Shown piece by piece: positions 1 through 11,100 of a stretch of 64,000 nt of DNA. The translations under genes and the position numbers were made by a program. The notes under the pieces are model-generated. The model saw nothing but the letters and a program-made list of their open reading frames with translations. It made no database searches and was not told where the DNA came from. This DNA is from Isurus oxyrinchus (lineage: Eukaryota), in the NCBI GenBank assembly GCA_026770705.1, contig JANJGN010000052.1, positions 2,728,001 through 2,792,000 of the forward strand, written 5' to 3'. Numbering within the stretch: the stretch's first letter is position 1; each line of letters begins with the position of its first letter.

Positions 1-618
1 AGTACTGAGGGAGTGATGCACTGTCACAGGGTCAGTACTGAGGGAGAGCTGCACTGTCATAGGGTCAGTACTGAGTGAGTGCTGCACTGTCAGATGGTCC
101 GTACTGAGAGAGTGCTGCACTGTCAGAGGTCAATGCTGAGGGAGTGCTGCACTGTGGGAGAGTCAGTACTGAGGGAGTGCTGCACTGTCGGAGGGTCAGT
201 ACTGAGGCAGAGCTGCACTGTCAGAGGGTCAGTACTGAGGGAGTGCTGCACTGTCAGAGAGTCAGTACTGAGTGAGTGCTGTACTAATGGTGGGTCAGTA
301 CTGAGGGAGTGCTGCACTGCCAGAAGTTCAGTACTGAGGGAATGCTGCATTATCGGTGGGTCAGTACTGAGGGAGTGCTGCACTGTCAGAGGGTCAGTAC
401 TGAGGTAGTGTTGCACTGTCAGAGGGTCAGTACTGAGGGAGTGCTAAACTGTCAGAGGGTCAGTACTGAGGGAGTGCTGCACTGTCAGAGGGTGAGTACT
501 GAGGGAGTGCTGCACTGTCAGAGATTCAGTACTGAGGGAGTGCTGCACTGTCAGGGGGTCAGTACTGAGGGAGTGCTGCACTGTCAGAGGGTCAGTACTG
601 AGGGAGTGCTGCACTGTG
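1..618 (+). repeat. 33-bp minisatellite (CAGTACTGAGGGAGTGCTGCACTGTCAGAGGGT)n
   Basis: Direct tandem units. The same unit recurs at 6690-7285, 13130-13478, 30135-30380, 33020-33250, 45690-45978, 48660-48960, 56250-56530 and 58570-58670. Confidence 0.95.
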
Positions 619-619
619 A

Positions 620-885
620 ATTATTGGAATCTCTCTTTATAAAGTCACAACATCAACAAAGGACGGTGTTGGTGGTGGAAGTGAATTCCAATCGTTCCGT
701 TACTTACCCAGGACCTGTCCAACTGCTCGCCTGGGGAGGAACTGCCCACACGCTCTGCTTGGGCTGAATGACCTCTTCCTGTGCTGCTCCCGCTGTGTAT
801 TTAATGAGAAAGGGTGGATGTGTCACTGTGAGACAAAGTGGGAGGTGGTTGCTGTCAAAGTATGAAAGCAAACTGTTAACCCTTG
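620..885 (-). promoter_or_regulatory. 5' non-coding exon/promoter of a third Siglec-like paralog (gene C), running off the left of the window
   Basis: Reverse complement closely matches 7460-7740 and 38340-38565, including the donor GG|GTAAGT (exon ends at 708) and TTAAATA at 798-804. Confidence 0.8.
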
Positions 886-927
886 GAGTGCCAAGGCTGT
901 GTCCGAATGTGATTAAACTTTTTCCCA

Positions 928-1975
928 TGTAACAGGCTTGAGGGGCTGAATGGCCTGCTCTTGTTCCTGTGTAATGGGATTGAGGGGGCTGAATGGGCCC
1001 CTCATGTTCATGTGTAACAGGCTCAAGGGGTTGAACGGCCTCCTCCTTTTCTTTTCTTACAAGCTCGAGGCGCTGAATGGGCCTCCTCCTGTTCCTGTGT
1101 AACAGGCTCGAGGGGCTGAATGGGCCTCCTCCTGTTCCTGTGTCATAGGCTCGATGGGCTGAATGGGCCTCCTCCTGTTCCTGTGTCACAGGCTCGATGG
1201 GCTGAATGGGCCTCCTCCTGTTCCTGTGTCACAGGCTCGATGGGCTGAATGGGCCTCCTCCTGTTCCTGTGTCACAGGCTTGAGGGGGCTGAATGGGCCT
1301 CCTCCTGTTCCTGTGTAACAGGCTCAAGGGGGCTGAATGGGCCTCCTCCTGTTCCTGCATAACAGGCTCGAGGGGGCTGAATGGGCCTCCTCCTGTTACT
1401 GTGTAACAGGCTCAAGGGGCTGAATGGGCCTCCTCCTGTTCCTGTGTAGCAGGCTCGAGGGGGCTGAGTGGGCCTCCTCCTGTTCCTGTGTAACAGGCTC
1501 GAGGGGGCTGAGTGGGCCTCCTCCTGTTGCTGTGTAACAGGCTCAAGGGGCTGAATGGGCCTCCTCCTGTTCCTGTGTAACAGGCTCAAAGGGCTGAATG
1601 GCCTCCTCCTTTCTTCTGTGTAACAGACTCGAGGCGACTGAATGGGTCTCCTCCTGTTCCTGTGTAACAGGCTCGAGGGGGCTGAATGGCCCTCCTCCTG
1701 TTACTGTGTAACAGGCTCAAGGGGCTGAATGGGCCTCCTCCTGTTCCTGTGTAACAGTCTCGAGGGGCTGAATGGGCCTCCTCCTGTTCCTGTGTAACAG
1801 GCTTGAGGGGCTGAATGGGCCTCCTCCTTTCTTCTGTGTAACAGGCTCGAGGGGCTGAATGGGCCTCCTCCTGTTCCTGTGTAACAGGCTTGAGGGGCTG
1901 AATGGGCCTCCTCCTGTTCCTGTGTAACAGGCTCGAGGGGCTGAATGGGCCTCCTCCTTTCTTCTGTGTAAATGG
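928..1975 (+). repeat. ~41-42-bp minisatellite (TGTAACAGGCTCGAGGGGCTGAATGGGCCTCCTCCTGTTCCTG)n
   Basis: About 25 tandem units. The unit resembles the CR1 3'-terminal motif also seen at 23090-23130 and 26400-26450. Confidence 0.95.
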
Positions 1976-3049
1976 CCAGTCCAAAGGATCTGTTTGATGC
2001 TGGGGTTAATGGCCTCCAACACAATCCTGTCCTCACATGATTAACTTAGTTAGTGACTGGTTACTGGTTAATGCAGGAGGATTATTTATTTTCCCAATCT
2101 TTTATCCATGTGTCTGGTTAGGATCTTTTCATCAAACACAGAGCGGAACCAGGATCGAGGATGTTGGTGTCTGAAATCTGTAACACATCGCACAGGCCGC
2201 CCATTCACTCAGCCTTCAGGATGGAGGCTAATTGTTCTTTCAAAAACTGAAAGACTGAAATGGTTGTAAGTTGTAGCTTTAGCTCATTCTGTTGTCCAAG
2301 CTGTTTCAGCCATCCAGGATACAGTGAAAAACGTACATTTGCAAGCAACTTTTCACATCATAGCTCCCTCTGTTCACAATGACATTGGCAACATCAATGT
2401 AAACATGTCACGCTGTAATGACATCCTCCCACCAGTGCTGGCACCGTAGCACACCTGTTTTCCTCTGTGTTGTCGGAAGTCTACCAATTCCCCAATCAAA
2501 TTGTTTCCCTTTCCCAGGCTGCGATTAGTCTAATATTAAACAATAACTCATAAAATACACATGTTCTCTGAACATATGTTTGACTGCAAAATGGTGAATA
2601 AATTATAGGGATTTGCTCTGGTCCAATTATCCACTGATCCTGCATTTCCTGAAGTCTACACTGGCTGATGAATATTCTGTAAACACTGACAGACAGGAAG
2701 GTGAATAACAGAATGAAAATTAACTCTTAATCACGGACACGGGATTGAATTTGTCCGTTCTGTCCTGGTACATCATCGAACGATATCTAAAGACATTTAC
2801 AATCAGAATGGAGAGAAGGATTTTTCCAACAGTGAGGGACAATTCTGAAGGAGGATGTTCAAATTGAAACCCACAGACAATCATCCTGGATAGATCATTC
2901 CAAAGAAATTCCATCAGATTGTAACAAGAGGTTTAAATCTATTTCCTGGGAGTGAGTTCCTGTGGATATTAGGAAGGTAAACTGGAGTTTTGAATGATTC
3001 TCCCGTTCTGTATTCTCCCCACACTGTGTGTGTCTCATTCTTGCTCAGT

Positions 3050-3166
3050 TTATAAATTCCCATAAACAGAATCCTCAGCAAATTCACAGTTTGCGTAAAG
3101 ATCATCATCTGTATCAGGATTGACTCCGCGGTTAGATTTCATTTCCAGATCCTTCTCATCTTTCTT
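3050..3166 (-). CDS. Orphan terminal coding exon of an immunoreceptor-like cytoplasmic tail (KKDEKDLEMKSNRGVNPDTDDDLYANCEFAEDSVYGNL*)
   Basis: Acceptor tgtttctattacag, phase-0 ORF ending in TAA, two acidic-preceded YxN motifs (DLYANC, SVYGNL). Minus-strand AATAAA at 2085-2090. Confidence 0.65.
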   Translation of the reverse strand, partial: KKDEKDLEMKSNRGVNPDTDDDLYANCEFAEDSVYGNL

Positions 3167-3279
3167 CTGTAATAGAAACAGAAATGATCAGAGTGACAAT
3201 CAGAGTGATCAGTGTTTAGTATTATTGATCCAAATCGAAAATTCCACCCACAATAGAGACATTAATTATTGATACTGTT

Positions 3280-6200
3280 GGATGCTGCTCACGAGTTTGT
3301 TGGGACTTATGGATCCAGGCTTGTTTTGGAGAGGCTGAGTAGATACAATAGACAGAGTAGATCAGCAGACAGTTCTTAGATGAAACACATTCTGCTTATT
3401 TACAAAGGAACTCAGCAGCTACACTTGTGTGCTTTCAACTCAAGCCTAGTCTCCGCATTACAGGCTCTAACCAAAGGTGACCGACTACTGAGGTACCTGC
3501 GCCACTCGGCTGTTGGACACTGATATAAGAGTTAAACAGGGACTTCTATTAGTGAAAACCAAAGGTCAGCAGAATTCTCCAGGTGAATCTTGTGCACCAT
3601 GGGGCTGACATCAGCAGAACTCTCCAGAAAGGCCTTGAAGATCACGAGGGATTAACTCGAGAAGAGACATAAAGAGATGCTGAGGGTAAACAGATCAGGT
3701 AAAGGCAAACAGCACCAGGCTAGAACGAGATAAACAGTTCTTGCTTGGGTAAGGAGCAGATATGTACCTGGGACTGGGAACAACTGCTTATTATGTGATT
3801 ATGTACTGACAAGATTTGAATTTAAATAACCCAATGTGTACGTGACTAACTCTGTGAACAAAAAAGATGGTTTCCCTGTAATGGGTAGAGTTCTGTTTTT
3901 AGCCAGGCCTGAGGTTGATTCTGAGAACACACCACAACACTGAGCTCATGTTATCTTCCATTGTAACCTTCTTCTTAAAGGTATATCACACATCAGATTA
4001 CCACCACCCTCCCCCTTTACTCAGAAATACATTTTACACTTACTTTTACCATTTTCTCAAAGTATCAGATGATTTACACAGATCAGTAATTTACAAATTC
4101 AGTCTTTCTGGGGGGTTTCCTTATGCGTCTGGAACGTCTCAGATCCACAGCTTCAGATGCTTTGTCAGGAGTCTCCTTTTCTGATGTTGTCCCAACACCA
4201 GCTTCTTCGGTGGACACCTGCAAACCTGTTTCCTCAACTCTTGCAGGTCCAACGGACCCTTCAGACACATCTGTTCTCAGCTGAGTTCTTTCAACAGGAG
4301 ACATAGACGCAGCCGTGAAGACTGGTGGGGTTGTTTCTTGGTACTTTGTTTCTCTCCTCCTTATATGACCCACATGTCTCCATATGACTCGGTCTTCCAC
4401 TTTCACATGGTGAGAAAGAGTTCCAATCGCTGCATTTATTTCACCCGGTGACCACTTTGGCCCTTCTATAAAATCCTTCACATATACCGTCTCTCCTACG
4501 GTCAGCTTCCTGTCATGACTATGCCAGTCATGTCCAGTTTCCTGTCTTCCTGGCCTCCTTTCCACCTTCCCGCTGACATTTAGCATGACTGATGTTGCAA
4601 ATGTGACGTGAGAAAAAACTTTTTCACACAACTAAGTTTTGGGCCTGGAATGCACGGCCTGGAAGTGTTGTGGAGGCAGGTTCAATCGAGGCATTCAGGA
4701 GGGCATTAGATGGTTATTTGGATAGAGAAAAGGTGCAGGGGCATGGGGAAAGGCAGGGCAATGACACTAGGTCATGATGCTCATTTGGAGAGCTGGGATA
4801 GACACGATGGGCTGAATGGCCTCCTGCTGTGCCATTAAGACTCTGTGATCCTGCAGAGGAGACTCTGAAAGGCAAACCGGTTTATTGATACAACCCTTTG
4901 TGTGTATTAATTGTGACAAACTTCTGGGAGGCCTTCTCGAACTCCAATTGTTGATAAGCATGGCTCATATCAGCTCCGTGTAGGCCGTTCCAGTCAATTC
5001 TTGTCATCTCCACAAACACTTTGGCCAGGCTCAGGTCCAGGGACTATTGGTGCTGCCCATTCTGAGGACAGCACAGATTGTATCACTCCCAGTTTCTAGA
5101 ACCTGCCCAATTCAGCATCTGCCTTTTCCCACATTGCATAAGGTACTGGCCGTGCCTTCATAAATCAGAGGGGTAGAGTCTGGATCCACATGAATTTTTG
5201 CTTGCAGCCCCTGGATCTCCCCGAGTTCATCTTGGAAAACTGAGATGTATTTTTGTAGTAGCTCAGGTAGCCCACTGGCTCTCAGTTGGAAGATCTCAGA
5301 CCAATCCAGTTTAATATCTTTCAGCCAGTTTCGTCCAAGGAGGCTTGGTCCCTCACCAGCTCCCATCATCAAGGGTCATTTTACTGATTGACTTCCATAC
5401 TGTATAATAACCCTGCTTATGTCTTTGGCTTGAATGTCTTCTCCCGTGTAAGTTTTCAATTAGTCATCTGTTTCTTCCAAATTTAATTGACTTTCCCCAT
5501 GATTCCAGTATTTGAAAGTATGCTCACCAATTAGCGTAATGTTAGCTCCTGTGTCCACCCCCATTCTGAGAGCTCTATCATTCACCCTCACTGTTACATA
5601 GATTGGCTCTGTTCTTCCTACCTTTAAATTATACAATGAATAACTATCTGAATCTGTTACTTCAGGCTCTTCTATGTTATGGATCTCACAGGGTTTTCTC
5701 TCTTGGTTGAAACTCTGCCTGATTCTATCCTTGCAATCTCTCATGGGCTCTCTGTTTCGATGACAGTAAAAACAATTGATTTTTTTAAAGTTCCATTCAC
5801 TACGATGTTGTCTGCTTCACCTCTGTTCACATTATTCCATGTTTTCTCTGCAAAGTCATTCCTTTTTATTTGCTGCTAGTGGTGGAGGTTTCCTGCTTCT
5901 CATCAGAGCTGTACATTTTCCCGCACTTCTTGGCTGAGGCTCCTCACCCAACATGAGGACGGTGACATTTTGTACTCTCCATATGTTTTTCGAGTCCCTC
6001 ACTGCTCTTTCCATAGCCAGCGCTATTCCCAGAGCCTTCTGAATATCCAAATCTGTTTCAGACAGTAATCTCTTCTGAATCGAATCTTCATTTATACTGC
6101 ACACCAGTCGATCTCTCAGCATATCATTTATAGATTTATCAAACTCACAATGTCCTGTTAACTGTTTCAGACTTTCCACATAACATGCAACTGCCTCCCC

Positions 6201-6640
6201 TGGGACTCTATTTCTTGAGTTAAATTTGGACCGTTGCATCGTTACCGAGGGCTGGGGCTGGGAAGGAATCTTCACAAGGTTCACTATATCATCTAAACTT
6301 TTTGAATCCATGGCACCGGGTGGCATTAAAGTTCGCATCAATCCCTAAGTCTTACTCCCACACGTGGATAAGAGGGTTGCTCGCCTCTTCTCCTCCCCAT
6401 CAATGTCTTTCACTTGGAAAAAGAATGCGAGAAGTTCACCATAATGAGACCAATCACCCACCGTTGGGTCGAAAGGATCAACTCTTCCAAACTACAGCAT
6501 TCTTTGAGGGGACTGCTTCAGTTATTAGGATGGAAATTATATTTATAATCACTGTGCGAGGCACGGCCAGATTTCAATTTGCTTGCTTTCATTCCTTGCT
6601 TTTTCTTCCTTGTTTTTCACCTCATTACCAGTTTATTCAA
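3280..6640 (-). mobile_element. Degenerate Gypsy/Ty3-type LTR retrotransposon with internal deletion
   Basis: Gag-like ORF 5856-6341 (CEF..MLRDRLVC..IQKRLL), protease VDTGA (5460-5744), GPSLLGRNWL (5112-5372), integrase C-terminus LRRSRRIRKPP (4083-4560), PPT-like purine run near 4005-4017. Boundaries approximate. Confidence 0.85.
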
Positions 6641-6689
6641 CCCTTGTCACTATTTTAGTTGACCAATGGGTGCGGTTTACATTCCCTCG

Positions 6690-7285
6690 GTACTGAGCCT
6701 GCGACAGTGCAGCATTCCCTTGGTACTTACCCTCCAGCAGTGCAGCACTCCCTCAGTACTGACACTCCGACGGTGCAGCATTCCCTCGGTACTGACTCTC
6801 CAACAGTGCAGCATTCCCTCAGTACTGACCCTCCGAAAGTGCAGCTCTCCCGCAGTACTGACCCTCCGACAGTGCAGCACTCCCTCAGTACTGACCATCT
6901 GACAGTGCAGCTCTGTCTCAGTACTGACCCTCTGACAGTGCAGCACTCCCTCAGTACTGACCCTCTGACAGTGCAGCTCTACCTCTGTACTGACCCTCTC
7001 ACAGTGCAACAGTCCCTCAGTACTGACCCTCCAACAGTGCAGTACTCCCTCAGTACTGACCCTCTGACAGTGCAGCACTCCTTCAGTACTGACGCTCCGA
7101 TTGTGCAGCACTCCCTCTGTACTGACCCTCTGACAGTGCAGTTCTCTATTAGCACTGACCCTCTGACCTTGCAGCACTCCCTCAGTACTGACCCTCTGAC
7201 TATGCAGCACTCCCTCAATACTCACCCTCCAACAGTGCAGCTCTCTCTCAGTACTGACCCTCCGATTGTGCAGGACTCTCAGTCC
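6690..7285 (-). repeat. 33-bp minisatellite, reverse orientation
   Basis: (CAGTACTGACCCTCTGACAGTGCAGCACTCCCT)n. Confidence 0.95.
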
Positions 7286-7499
7286 TGACACTGAGTGCTG
7301 ATCTGGTTTGCCAGCCTGAATTTTGCCAAATGAATCTTGAACAGGTGACCATCCACTCAGAGAGCGAGAGAGGGTTCGAAACCCAGTGACCCACAGGAGA
7401 AATTCCTGGTCAATGACTTTCCACTTTTGAGCAGAAATATCATCACAAGTCCAGAACGCAAAGGGTTAACAGCTTCAAAAAACTCAAAACATCAGCTGC

Positions 7500-7656
7500 T
7501 CTGTCACTTTGATCTGACTTCCTCATTTTGTCTCACAGAGACACATCAACCCTTTCTAATTAAATACACAGAGGGATCAGCACAGGAAGAGGTCATTCAG
7601 CCCAAGCAGAGCGTGTGGGCAGTTCCTCCCCAGGCAAGCAGTCGGACAGGTACTGG
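7500..7656 (+). promoter_or_regulatory. Gene A promoter/5' non-coding exon
   Basis: PU.1/Ets-type ACTTCCTC 7517-7524, TATA-like TTAAATA 7560-7566, donor G|GTAAGT at 7657, block conserved in three paralogs. Could instead be an internal UTR exon using acceptor ttttgtctcacag (7538). Confidence 0.65.
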
Positions 7657-8100
7657 GTAAGTAACGGAACGATTGGAATTCACTTCCACCACCAACACCG
7701 TCCTTTGTTGATGTTGTGACTTTATAAAGACAGATTCCAATGATTGATGCCTTTGAAAGATTTCTACTGATTATTGAGATCCGAGTGTGAGGCTCAAGTC
7801 TGTTGTACAGAACATCTTTCTAGCTCAAGGGATGAGGGAAGTGCAGGGACATGAGCTTTGGGACATCCTGAGGTGGTGAAAGGTGCTATAGAAATGCAAG
7901 TTCATCGTTGTTTTTCTTCCTTAAAGCCTTGTAACTCTCTACAGAGCACCTATCATCCCACAGAGAATCAAATTAGGTCTGTGAAGACATAGTCTAAAAG
8001 CAGTTCTGATCTCTCGAGAGCTGTCGGACAAGAGGTGAGGTCTCATTAACTCCTTTCTCTTTCACAGTTTGAGAGCGTATGAAATACCTGAGAGTGGACG

Positions 8101-8140
8101 ATGATCGGGAAATCTTACTTCCTCCTGTCACTTCTCCAAG
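8101..8140 (+). CDS. Gene A leader exon (MIGKSYFLLSLLQ)
   Basis: Acceptor ends 8067, ATG at 8101, phase-1 donor AAG|GTAATA. Same peptide in gene B. Confidence 0.85.
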
Positions 8141-11100
8141 GTAATATCATCGTCAGCTTGGACAGATTTATGGTTAATAGTGTTTGTATAAGACCATTCT
8201 TATTGAGCTCTGATAGGGAACCGATTCAGCAGTGAGCCAGTGTACAAACTCAGACCAAGTCCCATTCACCCATCACCCCTGTGCTCACTGATATACACTG
8301 ACTCCCTGTCTGACAGCAGAATTGGAGGAGAGCAGAGATCACAGAGGGTTGTAGGTTTGGAGGGGGTTACAGAGACAGGGAGTGGAGCGGAGTGATGGAG
8401 GGATTGGAAATCAAGTGTGAAAATAATCACATCGAGGTGTTGCTGGACGGGGAGCCAGTGTAGGTCAGCGAGTGACTTGTGGGGTCGGGGTGGAGGTTTG
8501 GGGAGGTGAAAGTTTGAGTAGAAAATCAAACACAAAATTCAGGGGATGAAGTCTAACTTGATGCTGAGAGTCTGACAGCAATGGCCTGAAATTAGTGTCT
8601 TTTGCTGATTTTAGTCAGAATTTCCCATGAAGACAACACAGCAGCTCCTAGAATAGACAGGCTGTTCAGTGTCACACTTCCTGTCCATTCTCACCTTGCT
8701 AGATACTTCAATAAGGGAGCAAGATAACTGAAAGAGAGAAGGAAGGTAAAGCTGTCCGTGTGTAAAGGTGTCAATATTCAGTTTGTATATTTGTCTTTCT
8801 CTCGACACATGCAGAGCTCAGGCTAGAGGCACTTTGTTAGTGTGTTTCACAGTGTCTGCTGGAGTAGGGTCAGTGCTGAGCTTGGGGACAAGTCAGTCTA
8901 CAATGCTGCATCGGAATCAACAATACAACAATATGGGGTTTGGATCAGAAATAATCCCTTAGACAATGAGGATCCAAAGAGATTCCTTAGACAATGAAGT
9001 GACAATGAAGATTCAGTTGACATTGAGGATCCAGAATTAAATATAGATATTTCTCTCCCCAGTTGGACTGTCACAAGAGTGGAAAGGTGACACTCCACGA
9101 GAGGTGACAGTGCAGGAAGGTTTGTGTGTACAGATTCCATGTCATTACAGTTATCCATCACATTTGGAAAACCAACCGCGAGGTGGAGTCTGGTTTAATA
9201 ATGAGAAACAGATTCCCTGGGCTCCCATTGCCTTTCACTCCAAGGATCACAGTCACGAGTTACCACGGTTCCACAATCGGACCCGGCTGTCTGGAGACCT
9301 GAAAGATGGCGACTGTTCCCTGATTATAAACAACATCAGACGGGAAGATGCAGGACCTTATTTTTTCAAGATAGAATTTGACAATGGTCCGAGCCATAAC
9401 TATTACCCTGTAACCCAGCTTCACGTTTCTGGTAAGTGCTGTGTTATAATTACTCAACAATTCACATTCAACACTCAATGGGAAATAACACAATCTGTGA
9501 TGTTTACATATTAACACAAAACACAGCTTATTATAACACACTGTCTGATTCTCAATAACCTAGTGATAGCTTCCAGTTCAGTCCTAAAGCAACCTCTAAT
9601 ACTCACTTTAATATCAATGATTAAATAGATTGAGTGTGTCCATCAGTGTTATCAGGTTATCCAATCTTATCAAGCTGTCTAATCCTGTTTTAAATTCCCA
9701 CAAATTGACAACAGAATGAGTTGCATTCCTATAGCGCCTTTCACCACCTCAGGACGATCCTAAATCAATTCACAGTCAATGAAGTGATTCTTGAAGCACA
9801 CATTCTCCCCACTCTCTGGGTAAAGAAGTTTCTCCTGAATTCCCCATTGGATTTATTAGTGAGGATCTTATATTGTCAGCCTCTGGTTTTGTTCATTGTG
9901 AGGAGTGGAAACATTCTCTCCATGTCTACTCGATCAAAACCTTTCACTACTTCAAAGGTCAAATGAGGTCACCCTTCAACCTTCTCTGTTCAAGAGAACA
10001 GAGACCCAGCCTGTACACCCTCTCCTGATAGGTAAAGCCTCACATTGCTGAGATCATCCTTGTGAAGCTTTTTACCACCCTCTCCAGTGTCTCTATATCC
10101 TTTTCCAAATGCTGAGTCTGTTCTCCCCGAGCTGTGAGCTGTTCCTCCACCCTCACCCAATCTGGTCAAATCAAGGGTCACTGAGTGAGAGTGTATTAAT
10201 CTGAGTGACAGAGATTCAACAAGTGTAAAAATAGACAATTCTAAAATGATCATTGTAACCTCTCAGTTCTGATATCATCCTTGTAAAAGTGCTTTCTCTT
10301 GTGGGACTGTGGTTTCTATTTGAACTGATGCTTCGCGTTATATTTCTCTAAAAGGATCCATTCTCTGTCTGTTAGATTTCACAGATAAACCCACGATATT
10401 CCCTGCTGAAATTATTGCAGGAAAGCATGTGGATGTAAGCTGCACCTTCAACACAACGTGCAATGGAACAGCAGCACCTGTCTTAACCTGGGACACTCCC
10501 ACTGACGTACCTGGATCAGTCTCAAACACTGTAACTCAGCATGGTGTCACTCTGACCCATACTTCTGTTCTGACCCTGATCCCATCACTCAAACACCACG
10601 GACACACTCTCAGCTGCAGAGTGAGATATCCATCTGTTTCATCGGAGCGGACCCTCGTACTGACTGTGCTATGTAAGTACAAACACCCTTCTTTCTACAT
10701 TAGCTGGAATAGTATCAAATGTGCACAGCAAGCTCCCACATACTGCACTTTGTTTACCAACAAACCATTGGTGTTTAACTGGTAAAAAGTGAGCCCTGAC
10801 AGGCAGTACATCCTTACTACTGACTCTCCGACAGTGCATCATGGACTCATAGACTCATAGACACATAGACAGAAGGAGGCCATTTAGCCCATCATGTCCA
10901 TGCTGGTCAGCAACTCCCTCCCCAAGTGCATCACCTCACATATTTCCAGGTTGAATTCCATTTGCGTCTTGATCATTCCTCCTTTATATAAGTCCAATTC
11001 ATTTATATACACCACAAACAGCAAGTGCCCCAGCACTGAGCCCTGTGGAACCCCACTGGAAACAGACATCCAGTCACAGAAACATCCCTCCACCATCACC

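Noticed and set aside
1-1975. Regular 33-bp and 41-bp repeats as CRISPR-like arrays, or their Cys/His-rich ORFs as proteins
   Set aside because: Head-to-tail units with no unique spacers, in eukaryotic context. The ORFs are open in several frames on both strands because of the repeat.
8627-8731. C/D snoRNA in the conserved intronic block
   Set aside because: C box is imperfect (ATGAAGA), with no convincing terminal stem or recognisable guide.
9432-9540. V(D)J-type rearranging V segments with RSS
   Set aside because: No CACAGTG-spacer-ACAAAAACC follows any V exon. Each V encodes its own G strand and ends in a splice donor, and the Cys pattern is Siglec-type, not antigen-receptor-type.
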